64,000 nt of DNA from Piedraia hortae CBS 480.64 (lineage: Eukaryota), in NCBI GenBank assembly GCA_010093745.1, contig MU006023.1, forward strand, positions 1-64,000. The letters run 5' to 3'. Shown here one piece after another: positions 10,242 to 21,966 of this stretch; position 1 is the first letter of the stretch, and every line of letters starts with the position of its first letter. The notes below the pieces were generated by a model. That model was given only the letters and a program-made list of their open reading frames with translations. It was not told the origin of the DNA and did no database searches. The position numbers and the translations under genes are program-made.

Positions 10242-13092
10242 TTAATAAGCCTTTATTCCTTCTCTATTATCATCCACAAGTCTTCCGTACCTGCATGCAG
10301 TCAGTGCTCATCCTCCATGCAAGAACGAGGGCAAACTTACTCCAACAAAAGTCTAAAGAGCCAGGCCTCAAAGTCCTCTTTTCTGAGAGCCTTCTTGGCC
10401 CAATCCGTACTCGCCTGCGCCATTCGTACAGCCTGTTTCTTGCCCTCGGGCTCGGAAATCAGATAGCGCACGCTTTCCAGTGCTTCCTCGGCTCGCAAGC
10501 TCAGGGGAATATAATGCACCCAGGGCTTCAGCCACTCTTCGTGCCATTCGCGAAAGATGGCAAATTTGAAAGTGAGCGATTTAGACCGTAAGAAGGCGTA
10601 GAAGCGACCTGAGAAGGCGTTGCCGTCTACGTCGAGGAGGAAGCGATGTTTCCACGCGTCTTGCTGCTCGACGGCGGGCGCGATGGTAAAGAATTCTTGC
10701 TGTGCCTGACAATCACCCGGGTCGCATTGACCAACGTGAGAGAAGTGCACGTCCATGGCTTCTTTATAGTCTGGTCGGTCGACCTCTTTGATCTGCCACG
10801 AAGGCACACCGTCGCTGTCATGGTCGCGATTCTTATCGACCAGAATCTTGGCTTTGCCCAGGCTGTTGAGCTTTGATACAATTTTTTGCCTGTGCTGCCG
10901 TCTCCAGCCACCATTTCTGCTGAAACCGCCTGTTGTGCTTCCTCGCCACCATAGATGTGCAGCCTTGGTTGTCCAGTCCTCGTCCTTTTTGCTGTCATAG
11001 TCCACTTTGCCATACCAGTACCATGGCGATGGATACACAATGTCCTGGAATGAGCTGATTTTGCTCTGGCTGAAGATAGGAAAGAGATCATGCACTACAT
11101 TGAAGGCATTGGGTCGGTCGAAGAAACCATGGGATGTTGCCAATGAGGGTGATTGGCACACGTCGGTAAAGGCCGTGTGGTTGTATATAAACCCAAGCTC
11201 TGAAAACTCGTACGCGGTGCGGTTATCGTGACATTCCTCATCTCCAAGACACCGAGAAGGGCTGTCAGGAGCACAAGACAGGCGAGACGGGATCCAGGTC
11301 GGCTGATGAGCGAAAGAGTTGAACCGTGTCGTTTTGGCCTCCTTGATGCGTCGGCTGTCTTTAACATCCGCCGGTCGCTTAGAGAATTGGTCCTGCACAA
11401 CTTTGTTTGCCACGGCAGCGGGAATGTTCACATTCAGGGCAGTGTGCACCAGCCGGTTAAGATCATCATGGGGAACAACCACGCGCGGCTCATCGTGAAT
11501 GTTGAAGGCCAGGTCCATGTCTGGGAGGTGCTCCACAAAGCTTCCCAACATGCCTTCTATAGCATCCTGCAGCCAAGCCTGACCACCCTCAACGTGAAAC
11601 ACCCGACCTCCCCTGATCAAGACGGCCATGAGATTGTTTCCGCCGAACCCCAGAGCCTCTCTGGTCCGTGCGCGGATGGTAGCTGGGGAAAGTGCCCAGA
11701 AGGGAAGGAGCGAGTGAAAAATTGTGTCGTACTCATCCACGAGCTGCACGTTTTTGTTGGCAGCAAATTGAAACCATTTGTCAAAATTCGGAGGTGGCGA
11801 GAGACGGTAGCGACGCCTATATTCTGCCACAGCGGCATCCAGCGAACGTGACTGTTTTTGAAGTGTCACCAACCACTGTGCCTCCGCATCCCGAACCAGT
11901 TGGTCGATTGGGTGGACTCTGGTGTTGTTCCAGTAAAGTGCGCCATGGTGTTCTGACGATAGACTGTCAGTGCCCGTGAATGGCTTTGCAGAGACCGGAC
12001 TCGGCCTGAATTTATATTGCCAGTTGACCAGAACCATCACCCCCATCGAAGCTGCCGCCACTAGCAATAGAAGTTTTCTGAATCGAGCATTCATTGTGCC
12101 ACCAAAGCGGGCATTGTTAAGAAGGAAAATGGTAGAGATTGCACCTATTCCAGCAGACCATAACCGACCGGGGCTGAAGTCGACAATGAGGCGTGAAAGT
12201 ACGGCGGCATGGAGAGGAACAAGCGTCGAGATAAGGGCACCGTGGACCTGGACCTGCTGCCAGTCAGAAAAAACGTGTTCGGCTGGTTCCGAAACCTACC
12301 ATTGTTAACAAACTCCAGCTGGCCACGGCGCGGATCGAGACCATGGCGAGTCCCAAAATGCAGGGCAGCAGCATGCCATCCTGTGAGAGCTTCATGTCAG
12401 TAAAGACCGACGGCTCCAGCGCCAGTGCTGCCATGGCCGTGGCAGCTGACGCGACGGCCGAAATGTCACGGAGGACGGCCGTTTCAAACGCGCCATCCAG
12501 CTTCGTTGCGCGCTCGGTAAGGACAAACGCCATTGCTAAGAAGGCAGCATCTGCAAGACCGGCCGACACCGCTGCCGATCCCGTGGCCAGGTATACGGCG
12601 GCTACTGCGCTTGCGCTGATCACCAACAGCAGAGGCGCATCCTGGGCTTCGTCGGAGCCGTTGGATGCGCTCAGCCAGCCTACGGTAAGGACTGCCAGTG
12701 GTAGCAATGTCTGAATCGGTCAGAGGGTTTCTCATGCAGGCCGCGACAGAATAAAGACTGACCTTTGCCCACCAGAGGCTCTTCCCCCCGTCGCCCGCAC
12801 TGCGCTGTTCGACAGCCGCAAAGGCCCACAGCGCGCCGCTAACCCATGCCAGTCTCTTGCATTCCGACGCCTTTGTCGGCTCTCTCCATCCCGCGCGCGA
12901 CGCTGCAAATGCGCAAATCAATGCCCAGCTAACCGAGGTCGACAGCAGCGCATGGTGGTGGTGGCCCCAGCCGCTGTCGAGGTTGCCGAGAACCAGAAGC
13001 AGGAACAAAACGAGCGGCAGAGCCGGGTACGATGATACTAAGGCCGGTACGCCATTGGAAGAAAACCGCGGAAGCGAATGGGAGGATGGCAT
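10242..13092 (-). CDS. Glycosyltransferase family 90 (CAP10/Cxt1-like beta-1,2-xylosyltransferase) with an N-terminal multi-TM region
   Basis: Motifs YRRRYRLSPPPNFDKWF, LPDMDLAFNIHDEPRV, WRGSTTGG, DVDGNAFSGRFYAFL and PWVHYIPLS. Introns at 12711-12762, about 12254-12299 and about 10291-10340 join the upstream hydrophobic ORFs and the last exon (EYGRLVDDNREGIKAY*). The start ATG is uncertain. Confidence 0.88.
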
Positions 13093-13683
13093 GACATTGG
13101 CCGCCGCAGCCTTCCAGAGAGCTGTCCAAAGACGGCTAGACCCGGATGGGCAGGTTGATGGACCGCTAGTCTCTTTGCGTCCTAGCGTATATGCTACATG
13201 TGCAATGCATCCAACCTGGCCGACCACCACATGGATCATCTTTCAGTACTCATTAATCATTCGTCAATTCACAGGCTCATTCTGTCAAGTCAAGTGGATC
13301 TGGTTTACGAGATCTTCCCTGATCTTGGACCAGATGACACACAACCAGCGGACAAATAAGTAGAGCATGTCATGCAGTCGGCGATTCCCGAAGGACATTG
13401 ATCGAACGATCTAAGGGGTAGAAAAATCACCCACATAAAAGTTCTGCAGCCTGATCGCTTGATTGGGGCCTATCAATTCCTCATTCGGAGAATTGGGGCG
13501 TGCTCATGCACATTGGACCCGGTCAATGCAGAGCCCCAAGGCTGAGACGTGACCTTTGACCACTGGTAAGTCCCACTGGTATCTTGACATAAGGCGGTGC
13601 AACTATGCAGGGTAAGCAGGCAGCTATAAGAGACCCTGCTGCTCCTAAGCTGCCCTTGTGTTCAAGATATCTCGGCCCTTGAG

Positions 13684-14655
13684 ATGGCAGTCAATTCACT
13701 CTCTGTCATCTATATACCCAAGCGTTCTGGGGAACCTATCGCCGAGTCGACCCAAGTCACCATCAACATTGATCTCGATCGCATGTCTCAACCCACTACG
13801 TCCCATGGTCGAACTTCCCCAATCTCCTTATCAGCAAACGCAGAAAATCTTTCCTTCGACATCGCCCGTGCGCGTCAGCAGCACAACACCCTACGAAGGC
13901 TCCTGTCTGTCAAGCTGGAAGAGGATGAGAAGCTTGGTCGAAGCCCCGTGGTCAAAGTTCCTAACCAGCTCAGCGGGATGCCGGGCCCTAGGCTCTTGGT
14001 CCTCGGTTCCGACGTCTGCGCGGAACTGCGTCGAAGAAGAGACATGCAGACAACGGGAGTGCCCAATATACCCTCATCACTTCCTCCCAGAGACTGCTAT
14101 CATCCAAGATGGAACCACGCGCGGCAGCAATTAGCTTCCCTCCCTCCTGATGGCTTCAAGCAGATGGCAGTCAATGTATGTCACGAGCTTGAACGACGCG
14201 TTCAGTGTTCCAAACCGGACGTTGACGGTCCCGAAAGTAATCTCACTCCGCGACCTTCACAGAGTGTCCTCGTACCTCCCAGGACGACGAACTCGTCCCC
14301 TGTGAGCCCATCGAGGCCAGCCGTCGGTGCCGAAGGCCGAACACCACCCACACGGCTCGTGTCTGACAGTATTGTGACTCAAACCCCCACAATCTCCTGT
14401 TCCTTCAAGAGAAAACCCGTCCCTTCACGAAGCGTCTCCACAACGGGACATGACATCCCCAGCGTACAGGGGAGTGATCGAATCAGGACCCTGCAGGTGG
14501 AACTCGACCAACTGCGCGAAAAGCTCGCACAAGCAGAAATCGTGGCATTGGCAAAGGATCACGAGATCAATCTTCTTAAAGAAGCTCTTGCAGTGGCAGA
14601 GCAACAGAATGGTCGCTCTCGCGAGGATCCTCCGCCTCCGTATCGGCGGAGATGA
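13684..14655 (+). CDS. Short Spa2-homology-domain (SHD/GIT) protein with a C-terminal coiled coil
   Basis: Two SHD-like repeats (PRLLVLGSDVCAELRRR and HPRWNHARQQLASLPPDGFKQMAVNVCHELERR) and the coiled coil IRTLQVELDQLREKL; intronless, 323 aa. Confidence 0.65.
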   Translation: MAVNSLSVIYIPKRSGEPIAESTQVTINIDLDRMSQPTTSHGRTSPISLSANAENLSFDIARARQQHNTLRRLLSVKLEEDEKLGRSPVVKVPNQLSGMPGPRLLVLGSDVCAELRRRRDMQTTGVPNIPSSLPPRDCYHPRWNHARQQLASLPPDGFKQMAVNVCHELERRVQCSKPDVDGPESNLTPRPSQSVLVPPRTTNSSPVSPSRPAVGAEGRTPPTRLVSDSIVTQTPTISCSFKRKPVPSRSVSTTGHDIPSVQGSDRIRTLQVELDQLREKLAQAEIVALAKDHEINLLKEALAVAEQQNGRSREDPPPPYRRR

Positions 14656-14812
14656 TATCCATACCATTGTAATATCTAGTAAAATTAGTTGAAGTGCTGC
14701 TGGACGGCATTTACCAAACCGTTGATCTTCAATGCTGTATGCACCCCGCTTTCAATTCTATCGTTCACCCACCACTCATCCACCACCTCCCCCCATCTCC
14801 CAAATAATCAAC

Positions 14813-15519
14813 ATGGTAACAACCCGCCGGATCCCGGCATCCTCCACCTCCTCCACCACCACCAAGCAAAGATGGACCCACACCCTCCAAACCCCAATCC
14901 TCCTCTGGCTGTGTCTCAGCCTCCCCCTCGTAGCGTGGGATACAGGGTACATTCTCTTCCGACCGCTAAGCATGCCAGGCGGTAGCCTCCATTTCCTTTG
15001 GAAACCCTACGCTCTCTACGGTAAAATCGACCATCTCTACGGAATCAAAGCGTGGGAAGCACATAATGGGTGGACGACGACACAGGGGTGCTTTAATGCG
15101 TGCGAGACGGGGGCGTATCTGTGGTATTTATTTTTGATGTATAGCTATGGAAGGGCTGGGGATGGAAAGTGTGTGGATGGAAAGAAAGAGAGGGATGGAA
15201 CGATAACAGTCGAGGGAAAAGTCGCTGCTGTTGCTGTGTTACTGGGCTACAGTACGAGTTTCATGACGTTCTTCAAAACGGTGGTTTACTGGGGAATTGA
15301 GATTCTCTCGGGGTTCGACAATATTGGGCATAATGACTTTTTCAGGCTGGTATTTCTGTGGATTGTTCCAAAGTGAGTGTTAGGTGTGAAGTTGATGATT
15401 GTGCTGACTAGCTGATCAGTGGTGCTTGGCTGGTTTTTCCGGCTTATATGATGTACACTTTTGGGAAGGAAATCTTGCAAGGGTTGGAGGCAGCTACGAA
15501 GATGGATAAGTACAGGTAG
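14813..15519 (+). CDS. EXPERA/emopamil-binding-like membrane protein
   Basis: WLCLSLPLVAWDTGYILFRPLSMPGGSLHFLWKPYALYGKIDHLYG and LWIVPNGAWLVFP; intron 15373-15419. Confidence 0.75.
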
Positions 15520-15654
15520 TGAATGATTCCTCTACCTGGGATAAGAAGATTACCTGCTCACTGCCGTACCGGTTAGCCAGTCACAGTAGCAGAACTACTC
15601 CATTACTCCTGTACTTCATCTACACAACTGTATTAGGGTAGTAATCAGTATCAC

Positions 15655-17328
15655 TTAGGCCGGTGGAGGCGGAGGTGGGATATCGCTTGGCGGAGGCGGC
15701 GGAGGTGGTATGCCGTCAGCGGTGGGCGGCGGTGGCGGGGGTAGTTCAGACCCAAAAGGCATCGCCTGCTGCCACGGCGGTACTGAGGCCTGCTGCGGCT
15801 GCTGCCAGGGAGGGATTACGGCGCCGGGAGGGCCGGCATTGAAATCGCCTCCCCACGGTGGCGCCGGCGCTCCGTTTCCACGCGCTTGCTGCCAAGGCGG
15901 AATTGCGCTCACAGCAGCTTGACGCTGCCAAGGAGGCAATTGATCCGCTGGATCACCGTCCTGCCAGCCAATCTGTCTCTGTGCATCTGCGCCCATGTTG
16001 CCTCCAATCTCATGCATCAGTTTCTCAATCTCGTTCTCGGGACCAGCAACGGGGCGACGCGGCGGAAGATTGCGCCAATCCTGACCACGCGCACGATCAG
16101 GGCAATCGCGAGCCATATGGCCGGCATTGCCACAAATGCGACAAATGATGTTAGCAGTGAAGTTGCGCTGGTGTGGACAGTCGTATTTGCGATGGCCAAT
16201 CTCGCCACAGTTCTGGCAAGCCTGGTTCTCGTCGTCACGCAGCGTACCGTTCAGAGCAGCGAGTTCACGCAGCTGATTGCGCTTCAACTCGTTCTGGCCT
16301 TCCGGAATCGAGGCGGCCTCCTCTTGTTAGTTATGCCAAAGAAGTTGATGGATTACATACCGTCTCAATCACATTATGGATGAGCTGCTTAGCCTTGTTG
16401 ACCTTGTCTTCAGTGTCGGCCATAATCAGACAATGGAGGTCTTCGTCTTGGTTGCTAGCATGAGCAGCGTCAGACTTGCCCTTGCCTTCCTTGACGGAGC
16501 CTTTGCCGCGAATGGCAATCTTGGCGCCCGACTCCGTTTCCATTTTCTTCAAAGTGTTGCCACGTGGACCGATTAGGAGACCGACTGTTAGCAGGAAAAC
16601 TCATGTTAGTACAATTCAGTTAGACAAAACAGCCGTTGATGGCGAGGAACAAACCAACGCCATCAACAGGCAGCAATGGGGGCTACTGGTGGGTTAGGAA
16701 GCATACTGAAGTTAATTTCCGGGTAGTCGTTGACCGGTACGTAGACCTTTTCCTGAGTCTTGGTCGGCCGCCGGTAGTCTGCAGGAGGATGGTAGCTCGG
16801 GATGATTCTCATCGCCTTCTCAATGAGCCTATGGCGCTCATCCTCCAACTTCTTCCGGTAGCGGAACTCGCGCGTGTTTACACGTCGGCCAAAGTTGTCG
16901 TACTGTGGCGGTGGGGACGGGGAGCTAGAGAGCTTTGTTAGTTACAGATTGCACAGCCTCTGGTCATCCTACCGATCTCCTTCATTCGGCACCACATCGT
17001 TGATGCGCAGTTTCTGGCTGATCTCCTCAATGCGCAAATGCGTGACGTAGGCATCGAGCTGTTCGGCCGTCATGGCGGCCGTAATGGCCGTCGGCAGGTT
17101 CATGAGTCCCGCAGCTTTGTTGTCCGATGCCTCGCCCCATCGGTTACGTTTTCTGCGCTTCTTCGTGCCGTCGGGGTTCAACTCTGGCGCGCGCCGTTCG
17201 GGACTGCGGCCGCGCTTGGCAGAGTCCAAGGGCGGAGTGCCATCTTCGCTGTCGCCACCGAAACGGCGACGCGTACCCAGAGGTATCGTGTTTGCTCCAG
17301 TTTGGCCGGCAGGATTGCGCCAGGACAT
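15655..17328 (-). CDS. MSL5: Branchpoint-bridging protein (BBP/SF1/Msl5)
   Basis: [22 protein letters not shown]2 domain ([18 protein letters not shown]…[13 protein letters not shown]), two CCHC knuckles and a Pro-rich tail. Introns at 16925-16972, 16585-16706 and 16318-16360. Confidence 0.96.
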
Positions 17329-17465
17329 GATGCTCGTTGAGGTGTTGAGTGGTTGGGATCTGAAATTTTGGTCCGGGCGTTAGGGTCACAAAGTCATGCG
17401 AACGGAAAGCTGCCGGCGCTACACTGTATATGGTACAGTATATTTTACGATTACCACTACATTTA

Positions 17466-18530
17466 TCAGCCTATTCTTCCGCCGCTGCCCAACACATCAG
17501 TCAAATTCACCTGTCCCGTCCCTCTCTCCAACGGTGTTGGCTGAGAACTCCCTTTCTTCCACCCAATCATATATATAAACTTGAAGGTTGCCGGAATTCT
17601 GACTGACCCATCCTCTTGCTTTTCTCCGTAAAGTTCCTTGTATATTCCGTCTGTGGCAAGTAGCACGTCTCGATTGATGCCGTCTGGATCTCGTCGTAAA
17701 GCTGCATTGCTTTCGCCCATTGCCTGTAAATCTGTTAGGAGAGCAAACACGTCTGGATACTCGACTATTATGTCATCCACATCCACCGTAAGAAGCTGGA
17801 AGTGAGCCCGGTTTAACAAGTTGCCCACGTCTCTTACGTCAATCATGGGCGAGATGTGTGTCCCAATGCCACCGAGACGTTCTTGTTCGGCCAGTTGGAG
17901 CGATCCGCGAAGCTCGTAGAGCGTGTCTCCCCCCGGCATAGCACAGAGGAACGGTGCATCGGGCTTTAAGACGTTGTTGATTTGCGCAAGTACTGACGGT
18001 AGGTCGTTTATCCAATGAAGGGAGAGTGATGATATGGCAAGATCGAAAGAATCGGCCTCAAAGGGAACATGCTCAACGTTCTTCAGAACCTCCCTTTTGA
18101 TGTCAATATCTTGATTGAAACCTTCTTCTTGATCCCGGTGAAGCAAGGTTTCGCTGGTATCCACACATACGATTTCACCGATCCTGTTGGCGATAGGCTC
18201 TGTGACTTTCTTCTCCGATTCCAAGTCCGGATTCGGTCTCGCGAGAGCTCGAGCAATGTTGCATGCATTGGCTCCAAAATCTAAAACTCTGGGAAAATTT
18301 CTATTGATATCCAACAGACGACTGCACAGTCTGATTGCAACTTCATCTCGAAGATAGTCAACCTGCCGGGATAGATTCACATTTGAGGCTGCTCTTTCCC
18401 GATGGAGCCACTTTGTGCGAGAGTCAAAAACTTCCACAATAGGACTACCCCCTGCCTGAATGGCGTAGCACCGTATTCCTTGGCGCATCAACAGCGCATT
18501 TCGACAGATGGACCGAAGCAAGATGGACAT
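17466..18530 (-). CDS. NDUFAF5: Mitochondrial complex I assembly factor, SAM-dependent methyltransferase fold (NDUFAF5-like)
   Basis: Presequence-like MSILLRSICRNALLMRQGIRCYA; motifs DYLRDEVA, SSLSLHWINDLP, GGDTLYELRGSLQLAEQER, DLQAMGESNA and PATF..IYMIGWK. Confidence 0.92.
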   Translation of the reverse strand: MSILLRSICRNALLMRQGIRCYAIQAGGSPIVEVFDSRTKWLHRERAASNVNLSRQVDYLRDEVAIRLCSRLLDINRNFPRVLDFGANACNIARALARPNPDLESEKKVTEPIANRIGEIVCVDTSETLLHRDQEEGFNQDIDIKREVLKNVEHVPFEADSFDLAISSLSLHWINDLPSVLAQINNVLKPDAPFLCAMPGGDTLYELRGSLQLAEQERLGGIGTHISPMIDVRDVGNLLNRAHFQLLTVDVDDIIVEYPDVFALLTDLQAMGESNAALRRDPDGINRDVLLATDGIYKELYGEKQEDGSVRIPATFKFIYMIGWKKGSSQPTPLERGTGQVNLTDVLGSGGRIG

Positions 18531-18663
18531 GCTTGGCGGTTCGTGCCTTCTAAAACGGATATCCAAGAATAGGTTTGCATCACGTGATGTATTCTCTACA
18601 CCATCGTCAGCCAAGGGTTTGAGGAGATAGAAATGGCACAGCTGTGAATTATACATTGTCAGA

Positions 18664-19743
18664 ATGTCTTCCGCACTCCATTTGTCCATACCGGCGTCTT
18701 CTATCACCACCCCCGACAGCGGCAAGCCATATACGGTCTACCACATAACCCTCCAGCTTCCCTTGCGAAAGCTGGAGGTTAAGAAACGCTACAACGATTT
18801 CGTCCAGCTCAACGAGAAATTAACCTCTCAAACGGACCAACCACCACCAATCCAACTCCCGCCCAAATCCTGGATCCGGAGAACAATAAACAGCGACGCC
18901 CTTACGGAGGAGCGAAGAACCGGGCTGGAACGGTACCTCAAAGGGATATTAGAGGCCGAGGATGCGCGCTGGAGAAGCAGCAAAGCGTGGAAAGACTTCC
19001 TGGGCATAGCCGCGACTATCGGCGCAGCCAAAGAGCAGCAACATAACGGCGGTGTCAATGACCCTTACGAGTGGCTAGACGTGCACAGGACACTAAAGAC
19101 CAAAATCAACCTTGCTCGACAGCTCCTCAGTCAGCGGGACTCTGCCATGACGGCACAGCAGCAGCACAGTCTCTCTATCGACGCTAAAGCAAGTTTAGTC
19201 CGCGCTGCGACGCTAGTTGCACAGCTCTCAGACGGCTTGAGCAGCTCAAGTAACCCAAATAGAGACTCTGCAGGCTCCAGGCGGCTTGGAGAAGGAGAAA
19301 TAAGACGGCGACGGGACCTTTTATCGGCAGCGAAGAAGGAAATCGAAGGACTAGAAAGCCTTCTCAAGAGTAACCCTACAAAGGTATACTCCTCAGCATC
19401 GGGCTCCGGGGCGGCAGCCACATCCACTGATAAAACTGTCCTGTTGCAGGGTACGGGCCCCAAGCCCTTGGGACGTGTCTTAGGCGGTCCGCTCAAAGAG
19501 ACCAATCGCACGCGGGAGCTCGATAATGCGGGTATTCTGCAGCTGCAGCAAACTATCATGCAGGAGCAGGAGGAAGATGTACTTACCCTCGGCCAGACTG
19601 TGGCTAAGCTCAAGGATATGGGTCTGATGATTAATGAGGAGTTGACGATTCAGAATGAAATGCTGAGTCTGCTGGATAATGATGTCGATAGGGTGCAGGG
19701 GAAGGTTGATACCGCGAGGAAGAGGATTAAGAAGATTAGTTGA
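18664..19743 (+). CDS. VAM7: Vacuolar SNARE with PX domain (Vam7-like)
   Basis: N-terminal PX domain (KKRYNDF, LPPK, ERR.GLERYL) and a C-terminal Qc-SNARE coiled coil (EQEEDV…INEELTIQNEML), with no TM anchor. Confidence 0.9.
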   Translation: MSSALHLSIPASSITTPDSGKPYTVYHITLQLPLRKLEVKKRYNDFVQLNEKLTSQTDQPPPIQLPPKSWIRRTINSDALTEERRTGLERYLKGILEAEDARWRSSKAWKDFLGIAATIGAAKEQQHNGGVNDPYEWLDVHRTLKTKINLARQLLSQRDSAMTAQQQHSLSIDAKASLVRAATLVAQLSDGLSSSSNPNRDSAGSRRLGEGEIRRRRDLLSAAKKEIEGLESLLKSNPTKVYSSASGSGAAATSTDKTVLLQGTGPKPLGRVLGGPLKETNRTRELDNAGILQLQQTIMQEQEEDVLTLGQTVAKLKDMGLMINEELTIQNEMLSLLDNDVDRVQGKVDTARKRIKKIS

Positions 19744-19930
19744 TCGTTTAATGCGGACTGTAAAATAGGTTGCATGCGGTCATTGTTATTCTCAGTTGGG
19801 AGGATGGTTCTTGACAATGTGTAGTCTGGATGTATCATTAATGGCACAGCACGAAACCAATCGTCAATCAATCAATCAATACGACCCTTCCTTTCAACCA
19901 AGCCTACCCACAAGCTGCTCCCCAATATAC

Positions 19931-21966
19931 CTAAGAACCCTCAAAGAGCTTCCCCGTCTTGGCTTTGGGTGAGCTACTTTTCTCCAACATCCACGAAAAG
20001 GGACTTTCTTCCAAAGCCAGTTTTCTAGCTTGTGAGTTACCCTCTGCCTTATTTTCAGATGCACCGTCGGTAGGTATGGGACGTTGGCCCTGTTCGGGAT
20101 CTGAGGTTTTCCCAACTGCCGCGGAGTCATGGTTCTGAGTGTTCATGCTACGTCCATCATCGGCTTTTTTATCTGCGTTCTTCTTCACAGATAGTGCAGC
20201 AGGGGGTCCATTGTCCGGAGAGTCAAAGTCGTCAAAGGTAGACGGGTCTGCCAAGCCATCGTCTTGGCTTGGGCTTGGTGACGGTAATGACTTGACTGGC
20301 GATGGCAACAATCCTAATCTCGCGCTGCGTGGGCTTGACATGGTATCCTTCAGGGATGAGCTTGCTCCTCCCAAGGCCGAAACCTCATCAGAGGCATGAT
20401 CATCCACGTCCAATTCCGAGTCATTCAGATGCACATGCACAAATTGGACTTTGGCGATAGCCATGCTGAGCTTTGCACGATCCTCGCTGTGGTCGTTCTT
20501 CTCAAAGTCCCATAGCTCGTTCAACGCACCCTCGAGGAGCTTGGAAAGTTGTTTGTTCCTTCTTTCCAGCGCTTTTATCCGTGCCGCTACTTGGCTTTGA
20601 GGTGCTATGGCACCACGTCCACCCGACCTTCGATTGGCTAGCACCGCCTCTGGGCCTTGAAGAGTAAGCGGCGCCGAGTCTCTAATCTCCTGGGCTTTCT
20701 TGTTAACCTCCTCGACCGCATTTCTCACTGCCTTGCCTCCTCTCTCGTAGATATCCTTTGCGAAAGCTTCTAGATTTCTCCCTTTTCGAGTACTTACAAC
20801 GCTGCCAGAAAACATTGTAATATTTCTTTGTAGCGCCGGGGGGGTATTGGGTCTGTTTGCCAGACGTAAAGGCTTATCAGTGTATTTGAGCACCCTGCAT
20901 CATCAGCTTTGGGGGCTGCGGCTTTGGGAGCAAGGACGACTTACAGGTACCCACCCGCTTCGGGATGCATGTTTTCCCTCAGATATACAGCGTCGATGCA
21001 TATTCCTTGCGCTTGGTTACGAACAGGTTCAGGGTAGCGCAGGAGCAACGCCAAGGCTGAGTTATAGTCACATTCGAGCAACTCCCACCGAACACGCAAC
21101 AGCATTACGAGGCAGACGTGGTCCACTATCTCGAGGGAAGGGTCTTCGGCGAAGATGATGTCCCACATAGATAACACATCGTCGAAGGGGAATTCTCGAC
21201 CGAATAGCAAGCGTATCCAGCGCATGAGGAAGACTTGGGGCGCGATGTCGATTTTCTTCAAGTGGAAGGCCAGTTCGGGATCGATTTGAGGTAGAAAGGT
21301 GAAGACAATGCGCTTGCTTCGGATGACCATGGGGTTCTCATTCCCAGACGAAGTGGTTTGCTCGTAGAAATTCTTGGCAGAATGCATTAGCTGGCTGAAA
21401 AGAGCAAATGAGTCGTGCTCTATGTAGTCAGCGTCGAACATGGCTTTGATAACAGCATCTTCCCCAAGTAATTTGCTGCTAAGGCCCAAATCAATGGCAT
21501 CCCGTTCAACAACCCAAAGGACGGGTGCGAGAAGCTCATGCATGCCTTGACGATACGACACGTCAGGATTCAGCTTAGCAAAGACAAAAAGAATTTCAGT
21601 CAGCATCTGCTGCGTTTCGGGCTGGCGAAAGTACAGATTCTCAGGCATGCAACGGGACACGTCCTGCGAGATTTCTGCTCTCAGTGATTCATCTGCAACA
21701 GACAACTCCGATATCACCTCGCTAAGGGGATCGCTGGCCTCTTTGCTGCTGAGGAAATGTACCCGCAGCGAGTCGTATGCTGATCGCGACGAAGACAGTG
21801 TCTGTATCCATGTTGATATGTCCACGGTCTGGAACAGTAGGAACGCTTTCCAGTAGGCCGAGCGCAAGTCGTCGATGCCAATACGCACGGTCTTTCGCAG
21901 CTCGTCAAGCGATTTGTAGCGTTGGAGTTCTTTCCAGCTGGTTGCTGCGTCGTGCAGGCGTCGCAT
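19931..21966 (-). CDS. TBC-domain Rab GAP (TBC1D5-like)
   Basis: ISQDVSRCMPE, YRQGMHELLAP and RWIRLLFGREF; an intron at about 20896-20944 joins it to the coiled-coil C-terminal ORF. Confidence 0.9.

Noticed and set aside
11228..11851. Long antisense ORFs over real genes (here and over ENA1, APL4, FWD-1, QIP, FRE)
   Set aside because: These are shadow ORFs expected from codon bias in GC-rich coding sequence.
18531..18725. N-terminal extension of the 419-aa ORF overlapping VAM7
   Set aside because: An artefact of an alternative-start ORF call; the likely start is ATG 18530, which gives a mitochondrial presequence.
19865..19880. (ATCA)n repeat identical to the LINE tail
   Set aside because: No LINE 3' structure is adjacent; it is an ordinary microsatellite between convergent genes.
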